From: an archaeon
GTDB lineage: Archaea; Nanobdellota; Nanobdellia; Woesearchaeales; UBA9642
Direction: 5' to 3'
NCBI GenBank assembly: GCA_043806035.1
Contig: JAZDHK010000007.1
Location: 1-35,819, forward strand
Length of the DNA stretch: 35,819 bases
Shown here: piece by piece, positions 1 to 8,664 of the stretch
How the letters are laid out: each line of letters begins with the position of its first letter
Numbering within the stretch: the first letter of the stretch is position 1
Translations under genes and position numbers: made by a program
Notes under the pieces: generated by a model
The model's database searches: none
What the model was told of the DNA's origin: nothing
What the model saw: the letters and a program-made list of their open reading frames with translations, nothing else

Positions 1-1
1 A

Positions 2-67
2 TGGACTAATCCGTTCGGCGATGGTACGACGGGAAAGAAGATACTCGAAATCGTGAGGGGCGGCTAG
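2..67 (+). CDS. wecB: C-terminal fragment of UDP-N-acetylglucosamine 2-epimerase (non-hydrolysing), truncated by window start
   Basis: Frame 2 reads WTNPFGDGTTGKKILEIVRGG*; NP(F/Y)GDG is the characteristic WecB C-terminal motif. Not in the ORF track. Confidence 0.75.
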   Translation, partial: WTNPFGDGTTGKKILEIVRGG

Positions 68-73
68 AGAACG

Positions 74-892
74 ATGCTCAAAAAGGGAATTTCTGTATTC
101 ATACTGACAAAAAATTGTGAGGAGACAGTACGAAAGACACTGGAGAGCGTACGCTGGGCTGACGAGATCATCATCGTCGATGGTTTCAGCACGGACAAAA
201 CACTCGAGATATGTAAAAGGTATAAGGCAAAGATTTTTCAGAGAAAATTCGAGGGCTTCGATAAAGAGAGGAATTTTGGCATTGCACAGTGTAAGTACCC
301 GTGGATCTTTGAGATCGATGCAGATGAATATCTGACCGAAGAACTCGAGCAAGACATACAAGATATCGTCGCACATGATGCGGATGGGGATTATTTTACC
401 ATAAAGAGAAAGGATTATTACCTCAGAAGGCATCTGACCACGCTCAAACTCATACGGTTGTACAGACAAGGCGTTGCACGATATGAAAATCCCACTCATG
501 AGCAGATAATCGTGAAAGGAAGAAAAGGAAGATGCCTGAACGGTCATGCAGAACACATGGCAACGGATACGGATTCCATATTTGATGATTTGAGGAAGAT
601 AGAACATGAAACTGAAAAAGAAGTGCTCAACCGATTCAAAAACGAGGACATGGGAAAATTGTCACTCCTAGTTAACATGATAGTGAGACCTGTAGTTCTA
701 TTTTTCGCATGGTATGTGTACAAAGGTTTCTTCAGAAGCGGAATCCCCGGACTGATCTTTTGCCTATACAACTCGTTCATCTATGAGTTTTTGATATATG
801 TAAAATATTATGAGAAGAAATACATTCGTGGCAATACAAAAATTAATAAAATGGTATTACAAAATCATTATGCCAGAGAAAACAAAAAATAG
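74..892 (+). CDS. Glycosyltransferase family 2 (WaaE/KdtX beta-1,4-glucosyltransferase-like)
   Basis: ISVFILTKNCE, IIIVDGFSTDKT, WIFEIDADE (DxD), THE, and C-terminal GFFRSGIPGLI motifs. Confidence 0.85.
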   Translation: MLKKGISVFILTKNCEETVRKTLESVRWADEIIIVDGFSTDKTLEICKRYKAKIFQRKFEGFDKERNFGIAQCKYPWIFEIDADEYLTEELEQDIQDIVAHDADGDYFTIKRKDYYLRRHLTTLKLIRLYRQGVARYENPTHEQIIVKGRKGRCLNGHAEHMATDTDSIFDDLRKIEHETEKEVLNRFKNEDMGKLSLLVNMIVRPVVLFFAWYVYKGFFRSGIPGLIFCLYNSFIYEFLIYVKYYEKKYIRGNTKINKMVLQNHYARENKK

Positions 893-915
893 AAAGAACC
901 ATCGATAAATAACGG

Positions 916-1527
916 GTGAAATGTGTGACTTCGCAACTTAGTGAGATGGTGATGCCAGAAAATTTAGCAGCGTGGTTTTATTCCAAACTTAATAAAGGGA
1001 AGATACTCGATATAGGTTGTTGTACGGGTATTTTTGGAAAATATAAACCAGAGGGATATACTGTTTATGGTATCGATGTAGAAAGAGACCTATTGAAGGG
1101 GGCTTCAAAATATGAAACAGTTCGTTATGGGAACGCAGAAAAAAGAATTCCATTCAAGAATGCCTATTTTGATGGAATATTCTGTAGAGCAGTATTGGAA
1201 CACGTGAGAGATTATAGAACATTCATGAAAGAATTAAACAGAGTGACTAAAAAAAACGGAATACTCATCCTCACCTGTGGTCTCCCTAGTTTTCGATATT
1301 GGGATGATTATGATCATTTCATGCCGCATTCTCCTGTTGGCATGAGAAAGATGTGTGAAGATTATGGTTTTAAAGTAATAAAAACACATTATCAGGGAAA
1401 TATACCTTTTTTCGGAATGCTGCATTGGCAGGATAAAGCAATAAAACTCATGAGTATTCCCTTATTCAGTAAACCATTCAGAAGTGCAACAATACTCATC
1501 TGTCAGAAAAAAAAAGATATCGTATAA
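916..1527 (+). CDS. Class I SAM-dependent methyltransferase (Methyltransf_11 type)
   Basis: ILDIGCCTG motif I, IPFKNAYFDGIF, VLEHV, LNRVTKKNG; true start may be the ATG near 946-952. Confidence 0.85.
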   Translation: MKCVTSQLSEMVMPENLAAWFYSKLNKGKILDIGCCTGIFGKYKPEGYTVYGIDVERDLLKGASKYETVRYGNAEKRIPFKNAYFDGIFCRAVLEHVRDYRTFMKELNRVTKKNGILILTCGLPSFRYWDDYDHFMPHSPVGMRKMCEDYGFKVIKTHYQGNIPFFGMLHWQDKAIKLMSIPLFSKPFRSATILICQKKKDIV

Positions 1528-1539
1528 AAACTGATATTA

Positions 1540-2400
1540 ATGAAAAAACTTAAACTGAAAAAGATAAAATGTGAAATTTGCGGCTCTCAAGACTACACGC
1601 TGTACAGGAAGAATTCCGGGCTTGCTATGGTGCAATGCAAAACGTGCAAACTAGTCTACGTGAATCCCCAACCGACACTCAGTTATCTTAAGGATTTTTA
1701 CAACAAAGGAGAGTATCGAGAAGAAAGATGGGATTTCATACCCTCATACATACAATTGATAACCGATGGCCACAGAAAAGTGGCGGACTACCTCATCGGA
1801 AAGACGAAAACCAAAAAACCTCAGATGCTGGATATTGGGAGCGGACTAACCGATCAATTCCACTATCTGCAAAAAAAGAATTGGAACGTGATGGGAACGG
1901 AACTGTCCAAGACATTCGTAGACGCCTATATCCAGAGAGGCTTCACCATTAAGTATGGTGATGTGCTCAAGATGCATTTCAAAGAGAAGAAGTTTGATGT
2001 CATAGTCATGATGGCTGTACTTGAGCATCTGACCAATCCCAAGAAATACTTGCTTGAATGCCACAGGTTACTGAAAGATGAGGGTGTGCTCATCTTCAAA
2101 ATACCCAACCTGCACTATACGCTGATGAACTCAACGAAGCTTCCTTTGTCTGAACAGATGCACTTGTTCCATTTCACGCCAACAACAATAAAAATGTTGC
2201 TAGAAAAATGTGGTTTCGAAATCATAAAGAATGAGCCTCTGCTCGAATGCGGTTCTGAGAACAAGTTAAAGCATGCTGTGATGGTCGCATGGGACAAGGT
2301 GTCTTGGGTGATCTACAAAGCAACAGGAATGCATACAAACCTGCAAATGACCGTGTATGCAAAAAAATCAAAGAGAAACTGCCATGGCAAGCATCGATAA
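1540..2400 (+). CDS. Class I SAM-dependent methyltransferase with N-terminal zinc ribbon (glycan-locus type)
   Basis: CEIC...CKTC zinc knuckle, LVYVNPQP, MLDIGSG, FDVIVMMAVLEHLTNP, HLFHFTP. Confidence 0.85.
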   Translation: MKKLKLKKIKCEICGSQDYTLYRKNSGLAMVQCKTCKLVYVNPQPTLSYLKDFYNKGEYREERWDFIPSYIQLITDGHRKVADYLIGKTKTKKPQMLDIGSGLTDQFHYLQKKNWNVMGTELSKTFVDAYIQRGFTIKYGDVLKMHFKEKKFDVIVMMAVLEHLTNPKKYLLECHRLLKDEGVLIFKIPNLHYTLMNSTKLPLSEQMHLFHFTPTTIKMLLEKCGFEIIKNEPLLECGSENKLKHAVMVAWDKVSWVIYKATGMHTNLQMTVYAKKSKRNCHGKHR

Positions 2401-3112
2401 GAAAAAAGTGTACAAGAAAGATGAGGAAAAAAACTATGTCTGGATAGCATATAGAACACTTGCTTTGCCATTTATCAAATTCTTCATGAATACGAAAATA
2501 ACTCCTAACGCGATCACCATCACGGGCGCTATCATCTCATTCATTTCTGTGCTCCTGTTTTATCTCAATCTCGGATTGGGATACGATATCCTTGCATTTT
2601 TCATCTATCAATTTAGTATCATATTCGATTTTTGTGATGGAAGCATTGCACGGTTAAAGAAGATGAGTTCCGTTTTTGGGCATTTTCTGGATGGGATTCT
2701 CGACACATACAGATATTTTTTCCTCCATTTTGCAGTGGTCCTACGAGTATTTACGACATACCATGATGTGACCATATTCTATTTCTTTGCACTATACCTC
2801 TTGGCAGATTCGCTCGTAGCAACAACCGGAAATCTGCGACTCATCTACAGCAAGAATGACAAAGAGAAAATAAAAGTGAAGAATGTCATAAAGCCAATGA
2901 ACATGATGTTCAAGCCGATCATGATTATTTTCAATAATATAAACACGTTATTTGATATATTCTTTAGCGTGCTCTTCATATTGGTGAATTTCAGCCCGCT
3001 ATATGTGAAACTCTTTTTTGTGGTATTGATAGGTGCAAGCATGATACAGCATTTTGCAGGATCGCTTGTATTCTATAAGATATTCAGAAAGGAAGAATTT
3101 CCTGAAGAATAG
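2384..3112 (+). CDS. CDP-alcohol phosphatidyltransferase/phosphotransferase family membrane protein
   Basis: TPNAIT and the DxxDGxxARx7GxxxDxxxD signature (DFCDGSIARLKKMSSVFGHFLDGILD); several TM segments; start moved to ATG 2384. Confidence 0.9.
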   Translation: MASIDKKKVYKKDEEKNYVWIAYRTLALPFIKFFMNTKITPNAITITGAIISFISVLLFYLNLGLGYDILAFFIYQFSIIFDFCDGSIARLKKMSSVFGHFLDGILDTYRYFFLHFAVVLRVFTTYHDVTIFYFFALYLLADSLVATTGNLRLIYSKNDKEKIKVKNVIKPMNMMFKPIMIIFNNINTLFDIFFSVLFILVNFSPLYVKLFFVVLIGASMIQHFAGSLVFYKIFRKEEFPEE

Positions 3113-3141
3113 AGATATCTGGACCAGCAGAGATGAGTTCA

Positions 3142-3174
3142 ACTGCGGGTTTCGCTGCTACTCAACCCGCAAGT
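3142..3174. terminator. Hairpin between convergent genes
   Basis: TGCGGGTT (3144-3151) / AACCCGCA (3164-3171) inverted repeat, extendable by ACT/AGT, lying between stops at 3112 and 3212. Confidence 0.45.
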
Positions 3175-3211
3175 ATTCTCGGCCGCACGATAAAAGTGAA
3201 AGGAGTGCTCG

Positions 3212-4705
3212 TTATTTTTCTCTTGCTTGGTTAATGATGGATTTTATTTCTCCAACGTCCAACAATTTCGTTATAAGAATTAGCACAAGGTACACACTTC
3301 CGCACAGTACACCTATAAGGACCGATTCTAAGTAAGGGTTGAGGCTGAACTGGTGTTTAAGAACAAATGCGAGGAGCGTAACTACCACAGATATCACTGC
3401 TATCTTTAGCCAATAAACAATCGGCAATGCAAGAGTCAGGAACTTCTTAAGATAAAACATGCTTAAGACTAACATGACGGCAAAGGTCAATGCACATGCG
3501 ATTGCCGCACCGGTCACCGTAAAGTATTTTATCAAAAGTATATTGGCAACCACATTGAACAGAACACCTATTAACATAAGTCGTGCATTGATTTCTGGTT
3601 TGTTTATACCTGAAAAGACTGAAGAGTTTACATTAAAGAAGGAGTAGAAAACCAGTCCTACCACCAACACCCTCAGAGGATTGACTGCAAGATAATATTC
3701 TGGACCGAAGAGTAAGGTGACTATAACGTCAGCAAAAGCGAAAATCATCAGACTTAATGGCACAATGAGCATAAATAAATATTTGTAAATTAGTTTTATG
3801 CCCTCGTTGAGCTGTGTCTTGTGGTTTCTTACCCACAATTCAGAGACAAACGGCAGCAAGAAGACTCCCAGACCCTCACCAAAAAAAAGGATGAGCCTTG
3901 CGGTCGGCAATGCAACATTATATATTCCCACACCAACAACTCCGACCATTACTGTCAAAATGACGGTGTCAATCATAGTAAGCACAAGAATGCTTGACTC
4001 AACAATTAATTGAGGAAGCCCGAATTTCATAAGCTTGATGATTAATAATTTATCAAATTTTATTTTTTTTGAAAAAAAAGCAGGAAATGTTTTTTTTAAG
4101 AAAATCGGCAAAAATATTGCTATAAACAGTATGGGATAGATCAAATATGCCAATGCGGGAACGAGATAGCCAAGATTGCATTTGAACATCACAACTGACA
4201 TCAGGAAAACGCTAAGCAATGACAAATGGAAAATGGCAGAATATTCCAAAAATCGTTGGAAGCCTATGAACCCCCAACGTAACGTATCAACAACGCACTT
4301 TATGGTAAGACCCACAACAACGAGTTTCAATATCAAGGATGCTGTCTGGTCTTTGAAGTAATGCATTGCCAAATAATCTGCGAACAAAAAGAACAGCACA
4401 AGAACGATTGCGGAAAAAATGAGCTGTACCACGAGCGTTAAAACCAGACTTGACTTTATGTCATCAAACCTCTTCTTTATCTTGAATTCAGGAATGTATC
4501 TTGTTATAGCAGTGCCTAACCCTATCGAGGAAAATGATATGACAAGAGAGACAGCAGCGTACACGGCATAAAAGAGGCCGTACTCAGTGACGGTTAGATT
4601 TCGAGCAAACAGTATACGTAGTAGATAGGCAAAGAGTGCACCAACTATGGCAAACCCATAGATGATGCTTGTCGAGGTTATCGCCCGTCGCATATACGAT
4701 GCCAT
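3212..4705 (-). CDS. Oligosaccharide flippase (Wzx/AglR, MOP superfamily)
   Basis: 497 aa with about 14 hydrophobic segments; ILFARNLTVTEYGLF, GLGTAITRYI, VGIYNVA, NILLIKYFTVTGAAIA patterns. Confidence 0.9.
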   Translation of the reverse strand: MASYMRRAITSTSIIYGFAIVGALFAYLLRILFARNLTVTEYGLFYAVYAAVSLVISFSSIGLGTAITRYIPEFKIKKRFDDIKSSLVLTLVVQLIFSAIVLVLFFLFADYLAMHYFKDQTASLILKLVVVGLTIKCVVDTLRWGFIGFQRFLEYSAIFHLSLLSVFLMSVVMFKCNLGYLVPALAYLIYPILFIAIFLPIFLKKTFPAFFSKKIKFDKLLIIKLMKFGLPQLIVESSILVLTMIDTVILTVMVGVVGVGIYNVALPTARLILFFGEGLGVFLLPFVSELWVRNHKTQLNEGIKLIYKYLFMLIVPLSLMIFAFADVIVTLLFGPEYYLAVNPLRVLVVGLVFYSFFNVNSSVFSGINKPEINARLMLIGVLFNVVANILLIKYFTVTGAAIACALTFAVMLVLSMFYLKKFLTLALPIVYWLKIAVISVVVTLLAFVLKHQFSLNPYLESVLIGVLCGSVYLVLILITKLLDVGEIKSIINQAREK

Positions 4706-4724
4706 ACTGCCTGCAAAAAAAGAA

Positions 4725-4800
4725 GGGGTATTTATAATGATTGTCCATGAGCACCCAAAACTATATAAATGAGTTCTTTTACTAGTGCCACTAGTGGTGG
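4725..4800. promoter_or_regulatory. Divergent archaeal promoters with candidate palindromic operator
   Basis: TTATAAAT on minus strand (about 4730-4737), about 25 nt before the flippase ATG; AAAAC-TATATAAA (4762-4769) on plus strand; tandem ACTAGT at 4781-4786 and 4790-4795, the latter within the 10-bp palindrome CCACTAGTGG. Confidence 0.6.
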
Positions 4801-4807
4801 TATTTTA

Positions 4808-5341
4808 ATGAAAAAGATTGTGTGGGAGAACAAATCCAACAGACAGCTCTGCGTCACCATCCCCAAGGATTCCGGCATCAAAGCAGGGGATATCGTCAAC
4901 GTGGAGAAAGAGAAAATCAAGCGCATCGTATATAGTTATGTCACCGGTGACCTGTTCCACTACGGCCATTTGCAACTGCTCGAGAAAGCAAATGAGCTAG
5001 GAGATTTCCACATCTGTGGCGTTCTCACGGACAAAGCCATCAGCGCATACAAAGCAAAGCCCATCGCAAGTTTCAAGGAACGAAGCGCCATTATCTCCTC
5101 ATTGCGCTGTGTCGATATGGTCATGACACAAAAAGACAAGGATCCGACAGAAAATCTCAAGAGCATACATGAGCAGTTCAAACACGCTAAACTTATCCTG
5201 ATTCACGGTTCGGATTGGAAACAGATACCTGGCGCCGCATTTATCAAAAAAATAAAAGGGGAGATAGTCCGCCCGCCATTCTATGAAAGACTGTCCACCC
5301 ACAAGATATTGGCAAAAATCAAGGAGGGATACATACAATGA
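4808..5341 (+). CDS. AbrB-like N-terminal domain fused to HxGH cytidylyltransferase (TagD / PEP-mutase-associated type)
   Basis: N-term QLCVTIPKDSGIKAGDIVNVE (AbrB/SpoVT swapped-hairpin pattern); GDLFHYGH, GVLTD, ERSAII, VDMV, HGSDW, LST motifs; start ATG 4808 after GGTGG. Confidence 0.85.
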   Translation: MKKIVWENKSNRQLCVTIPKDSGIKAGDIVNVEKEKIKRIVYSYVTGDLFHYGHLQLLEKANELGDFHICGVLTDKAISAYKAKPIASFKERSAIISSLRCVDMVMTQKDKDPTENLKSIHEQFKHAKLILIHGSDWKQIPGAAFIKKIKGEIVRPPFYERLSTHKILAKIKEGYIQ

Positions 5342-6117
5342 AAGCCATCATCATCGCAGCAGGACCGTGCAAGCGGCTACGACCGCTGACCGATGACCTG
5401 CCCAAATGCATGCTGCACATCAACGGCAAGCCCATACTGCAGAATACCCTGGAGCTTTTGCGCGAAAAGGGAATACGAGACATCTCAGTCATCAGAGGGT
5501 ACAAAAAAGAGAAAATCAATTTCCCGAGCATCACCTATTTCGAGAACACCGATTTTTGGAACAACAACATACTGCACTCACTGCTGTTCGCACGCCCTAA
5601 ATTAGAAGAGGCAAACGAGAAACGTGAACACGTCATCGTCTCCTATTCGGACATCTGGTATGATGCCAGTGTCCTTAACGCATTATGGGAAAAAGAAGGA
5701 GATATCGTATCCACCATCGATATCAACTGGCTGCAGCATTATGACGGCAGGACAAACCATCCTCTCCAAGAGGCAGAAAAAGTCATACTGGATGAGAACG
5801 ACAACATCGTGCGAATAGGCAAGCACATCCTCCTTGAAGAATTGCCCGAAAACAGGCATGGTGAATTCATCGGATTGTGGAAATTCTCCCCCCAAGGCAT
5901 ACATATTTTCCTGAGGCATTTCGACAGGGTGCATGCTCTGCTGAAAATGACCGATCCACACCAGCATGCGAGCGAATGGCAAAAATCATACATCACCGAT
6001 ATGTTCCAGGAACTGATAGACCAAGGAGAGCGATTGGACTGTGCACGCATAAAGGAGAACTGGGCCGAGTTCGACACCGTCCAAGATTTCATGTTAGCAA
6101 ACGGGACAAATAGGTAA
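5338..6117 (+). CDS. LicC/PntC-like phosphocholine/phosphonate cytidylyltransferase (NTP_transf)
   Basis: AIIIAAGPCKRLRPLTDDLPKCML, NNILHSL, VSYSDI, RIGK, GEFIGL, WAEFDT; ATGA overlap with the upstream gene. Confidence 0.85.
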   Translation: MKAIIIAAGPCKRLRPLTDDLPKCMLHINGKPILQNTLELLREKGIRDISVIRGYKKEKINFPSITYFENTDFWNNNILHSLLFARPKLEEANEKREHVIVSYSDIWYDASVLNALWEKEGDIVSTIDINWLQHYDGRTNHPLQEAEKVILDENDNIVRIGKHILLEELPENRHGEFIGLWKFSPQGIHIFLRHFDRVHALLKMTDPHQHASEWQKSYITDMFQELIDQGERLDCARIKENWAEFDTVQDFMLANGTNR

Positions 6118-6148
6118 AAACATGCAAAAACAAGCACGAGGTGGAAAC

Positions 6149-7084
6149 GTGAAGAAAGAATTGATTGTGTTGTTAATTTTGTGTTTTGGCATCGCATTAA
6201 CGGGATGCCAGGCGAATACCACAGGAAATGTGGTGAAGACGAACACTGTGGGTGCTGTAGTGAAAACGGATGACATCAAAGTATTAAGAATGGGATTGAT
6301 TCCTGCAGATGACGCAGAGGAGATGCTGCGCAGCTACGAACCCGTACAGGAATACCTGTCAGAACAGCTGGGCATTCCTGTCGAGATACAAGTGACCTCT
6401 GATTACACTGCTGCCATTGAAGCGATGCGATCGAAGCACATCGATATGGCATGGTTCGGCCCGTTCTCATATGTGATTGCAAAGAACGTGGCAGGTGCCG
6501 AGGCAATTGTGAATGGCGTGCGAAGGTCGGACAACAAATCGGATTATCGTTCGATTATCGTCGTGCGTGCTGATAGCGGCATCAAGACATTGCAGGATCT
6601 GAAAGGCAAGAAATTCGCATTTGTCGATCCCGCATCGACATCAGGAAATCTTATCCCGAGAAAATTGCTGATAGACAACGGCATCGATCCGGACAAGGAT
6701 TTCAAAACGAGCTTTTATGCGGGAACGCATAACGCAGTCGAATATTCCATTGCGAATGGAAAAGTCGATGCAGGCGCGGACAGCGACAATTCGTATGCAC
6801 GCATGGTGGAAACAGGGGAGATAGACCCTGCGGTGAACAAGGTGATCTTCACCTCACCACCAATACCTGGGTCGCCCATAGTGGTCCGAGGCGATCTGCC
6901 TAAAGATCTAAAGGACAAGATAAAGAACGCACTCATCAATATGGACCAGAATACGATAGGGAAAGTCAACGGTTGGGGAAATATCGATCACTACCTGGAA
7001 GTTTCGGACAGCGACTATGACATCATCAGGGAAACAGCGAAGACGCTGGGCATGGATGTCACGAATGCAGCGGCAGCGAAATAG
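6149..7084 (+). CDS. phnD: Phosphonate/phosphite ABC transporter substrate-binding lipoprotein
   Basis: GTG start after GAGGTGG; lipobox-like ALTG|C; DYTAAIEAM, FGPFSY, FAFVDPASTSG, GTH, SPPIPGSPIVVR. Confidence 0.92.
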   Translation: MKKELIVLLILCFGIALTGCQANTTGNVVKTNTVGAVVKTDDIKVLRMGLIPADDAEEMLRSYEPVQEYLSEQLGIPVEIQVTSDYTAAIEAMRSKHIDMAWFGPFSYVIAKNVAGAEAIVNGVRRSDNKSDYRSIIVVRADSGIKTLQDLKGKKFAFVDPASTSGNLIPRKLLIDNGIDPDKDFKTSFYAGTHNAVEYSIANGKVDAGADSDNSYARMVETGEIDPAVNKVIFTSPPIPGSPIVVRGDLPKDLKDKIKNALINMDQNTIGKVNGWGNIDHYLEVSDSDYDIIRETAKTLGMDVTNAAAAK

Positions 7085-7088
7085 ATGA

Positions 7089-7108
7089 ATTATTTTATTA
7101 TTTTTTTA
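7089..7108 (+). terminator. Intra-operon T-rich terminator after phnD
   Basis: ATTATTTTATTATTTTTTT immediately after the phnD stop; typical archaeal oligo-T signal. Confidence 0.45.
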
Positions 7109-7133
7109 CATCTTATGATAGGAGTATACACTC

Positions 7134-7865
7134 ATGAACCAGGAAGCATTTTGGAAAGTACGGGCAGAGAAGTACAACCAGCTCAAATGGGTGAGCGAAC
7201 CCACCTATATTGAAGAGGTATTATCAGCAGGAAGATTCAACAGACAAGATAATGTATTAGATGTTGGAACGGGGACAGGAGTCATTGCGCACGCCGTAGC
7301 CCCTCACGTAAAGCAGGTGATAGGTCTGGACATATCGCAGGACATGCTCGACCATAGCAACTGGAAAGACAACAAATACTTCATAAAAGGCGATATTCGA
7401 AATCCCGTGTTTTATGATGGGATCTTTGATAAAGTGACAGCAAGGATGGTTTTCCATCACATCCTGCAGGATACACATGTTGCGATGAACGAATGTTTCA
7501 GAGTATTGCGGAAAGGTGGCCTCTTGATACTATCAGAGGGCGTTCCCCCGTCTGCAGATCTCAAACAAGAGTACATGGACATATTCAGCTTAAAAGAGGA
7601 ACGATTGACGTTTCTCGAAGAGGATCTTATACACCTGATGGAACAGGCAGGATTCAAGAACATCACCATCAAAGAACACATCATGAATGGATTCAGTGTG
7701 AAGAACTGGCTCGAGAATAGTGGTCTTCCTCAAGAAAAACAGGACAAGATATTCGAGATGCACGTTACGGGTTCGGAACGTTTTAAAAGGGAGTATGCAA
7801 TGAAGATAACCAACGGAGATTGCCTGATAAAGATCAAAAGCCTCATCCTCATCGGGGAAAAATAA
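7134..7865 (+). CDS. Class I SAM-dependent methyltransferase inserted in the phn operon
   Basis: VLDVGTGTG, GLDISQDML, FDKVTARMVFHHI, RVLRKGG; GGAG RBS. Confidence 0.88.
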   Translation: MNQEAFWKVRAEKYNQLKWVSEPTYIEEVLSAGRFNRQDNVLDVGTGTGVIAHAVAPHVKQVIGLDISQDMLDHSNWKDNKYFIKGDIRNPVFYDGIFDKVTARMVFHHILQDTHVAMNECFRVLRKGGLLILSEGVPPSADLKQEYMDIFSLKEERLTFLEEDLIHLMEQAGFKNITIKEHIMNGFSVKNWLENSGLPQEKQDKIFEMHVTGSERFKREYAMKITNGDCLIKIKSLILIGEK

Positions 7866-7884
7866 GAAAGACGCATCATCGGTT

Positions 7885-8664
7885 ATGAACATGATACGGA
7901 TACGAAATCTGACACACAAGTACAAGAACAGGAACGAAGAGGCTCTGCAAAAAGTGAACTTGCACGTCAAGAAGGGAGAGCACGTCGTCATCATAGGATC
8001 GTCAGGATCGGGAAAGTCGACCTTGCTCAAATGCATCAACAGACTCATCAATCCTACTGCGGGCAGCATTCGTATCGACGGGGAAGAAATAATCAAGACC
8101 AAAGAAAAAAAAGCAGAACGGTTGCGTGGAAAAATGGGCATGATCTTCCAGAATTTCAATCTCGTTGAGAGAGAAACCGTCTATTATAATGTGATGAACG
8201 GCAGGCTCAGATACAATACCACCTTCACCACCTTATTCGGGAAGTTTTCAAAAGAGGACCATGCCATCGTCGAGGACAGCCTGAACAGGGTTGGTCTTCT
8301 CGCATACAAGCATGAGCGCGTCACCAACTTAAGCGGAGGACAAAAGCAGCGAGTGGCGATCGCCCGTGCGCTATCGCAAAAACCAGAAGCAATACTCGCC
8401 GATGAGCCCGTGTCTAATCTGGATCCGAAACTGATGAAAGAGATCATGGACTTGCTCAAGAATATCTGCGAGGAAAAAGGCATAACGCTCGTCACCAGCC
8501 TGCACTTCCTTGACTTTGCAAAAAGATATGCATCGAGAATAATCGCGATGAAGGAAGGAAAAATCGTCTTTGACGGCAAGCCTGGCGATTTGACCGAGAA
8601 AGATATCGTCGACATTTACGGCAAGACAAAAGACTGGTTCATGTATGGAAAAACAGGATATTGA
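7885..8664 (+). CDS. phnC: Phosphonate ABC transporter ATP-binding protein
   Basis: Walker A GSSGSGKST, IFQNFNLV, LSGGQKQRVAIARAL, ILADEPVSNLDP, SLH. Confidence 0.92.
   Translation: MNMIRIRNLTHKYKNRNEEALQKVNLHVKKGEHVVIIGSSGSGKSTLLKCINRLINPTAGSIRIDGEEIIKTKEKKAERLRGKMGMIFQNFNLVERETVYYNVMNGRLRYNTTFTTLFGKFSKEDHAIVEDSLNRVGLLAYKHERVTNLSGGQKQRVAIARALSQKPEAILADEPVSNLDPKLMKEIMDLLKNICEEKGITLVTSLHFLDFAKRYASRIIAMKEGKIVFDGKPGDLTEKDIVDIYGKTKDWFMYGKTGY

Noticed and set aside
1507-1515. Poly-A tract as a phase-variation site
   Set aside because: Encodes Lys codons at the very end of an AT-rich gene; similar runs are common and frames are intact
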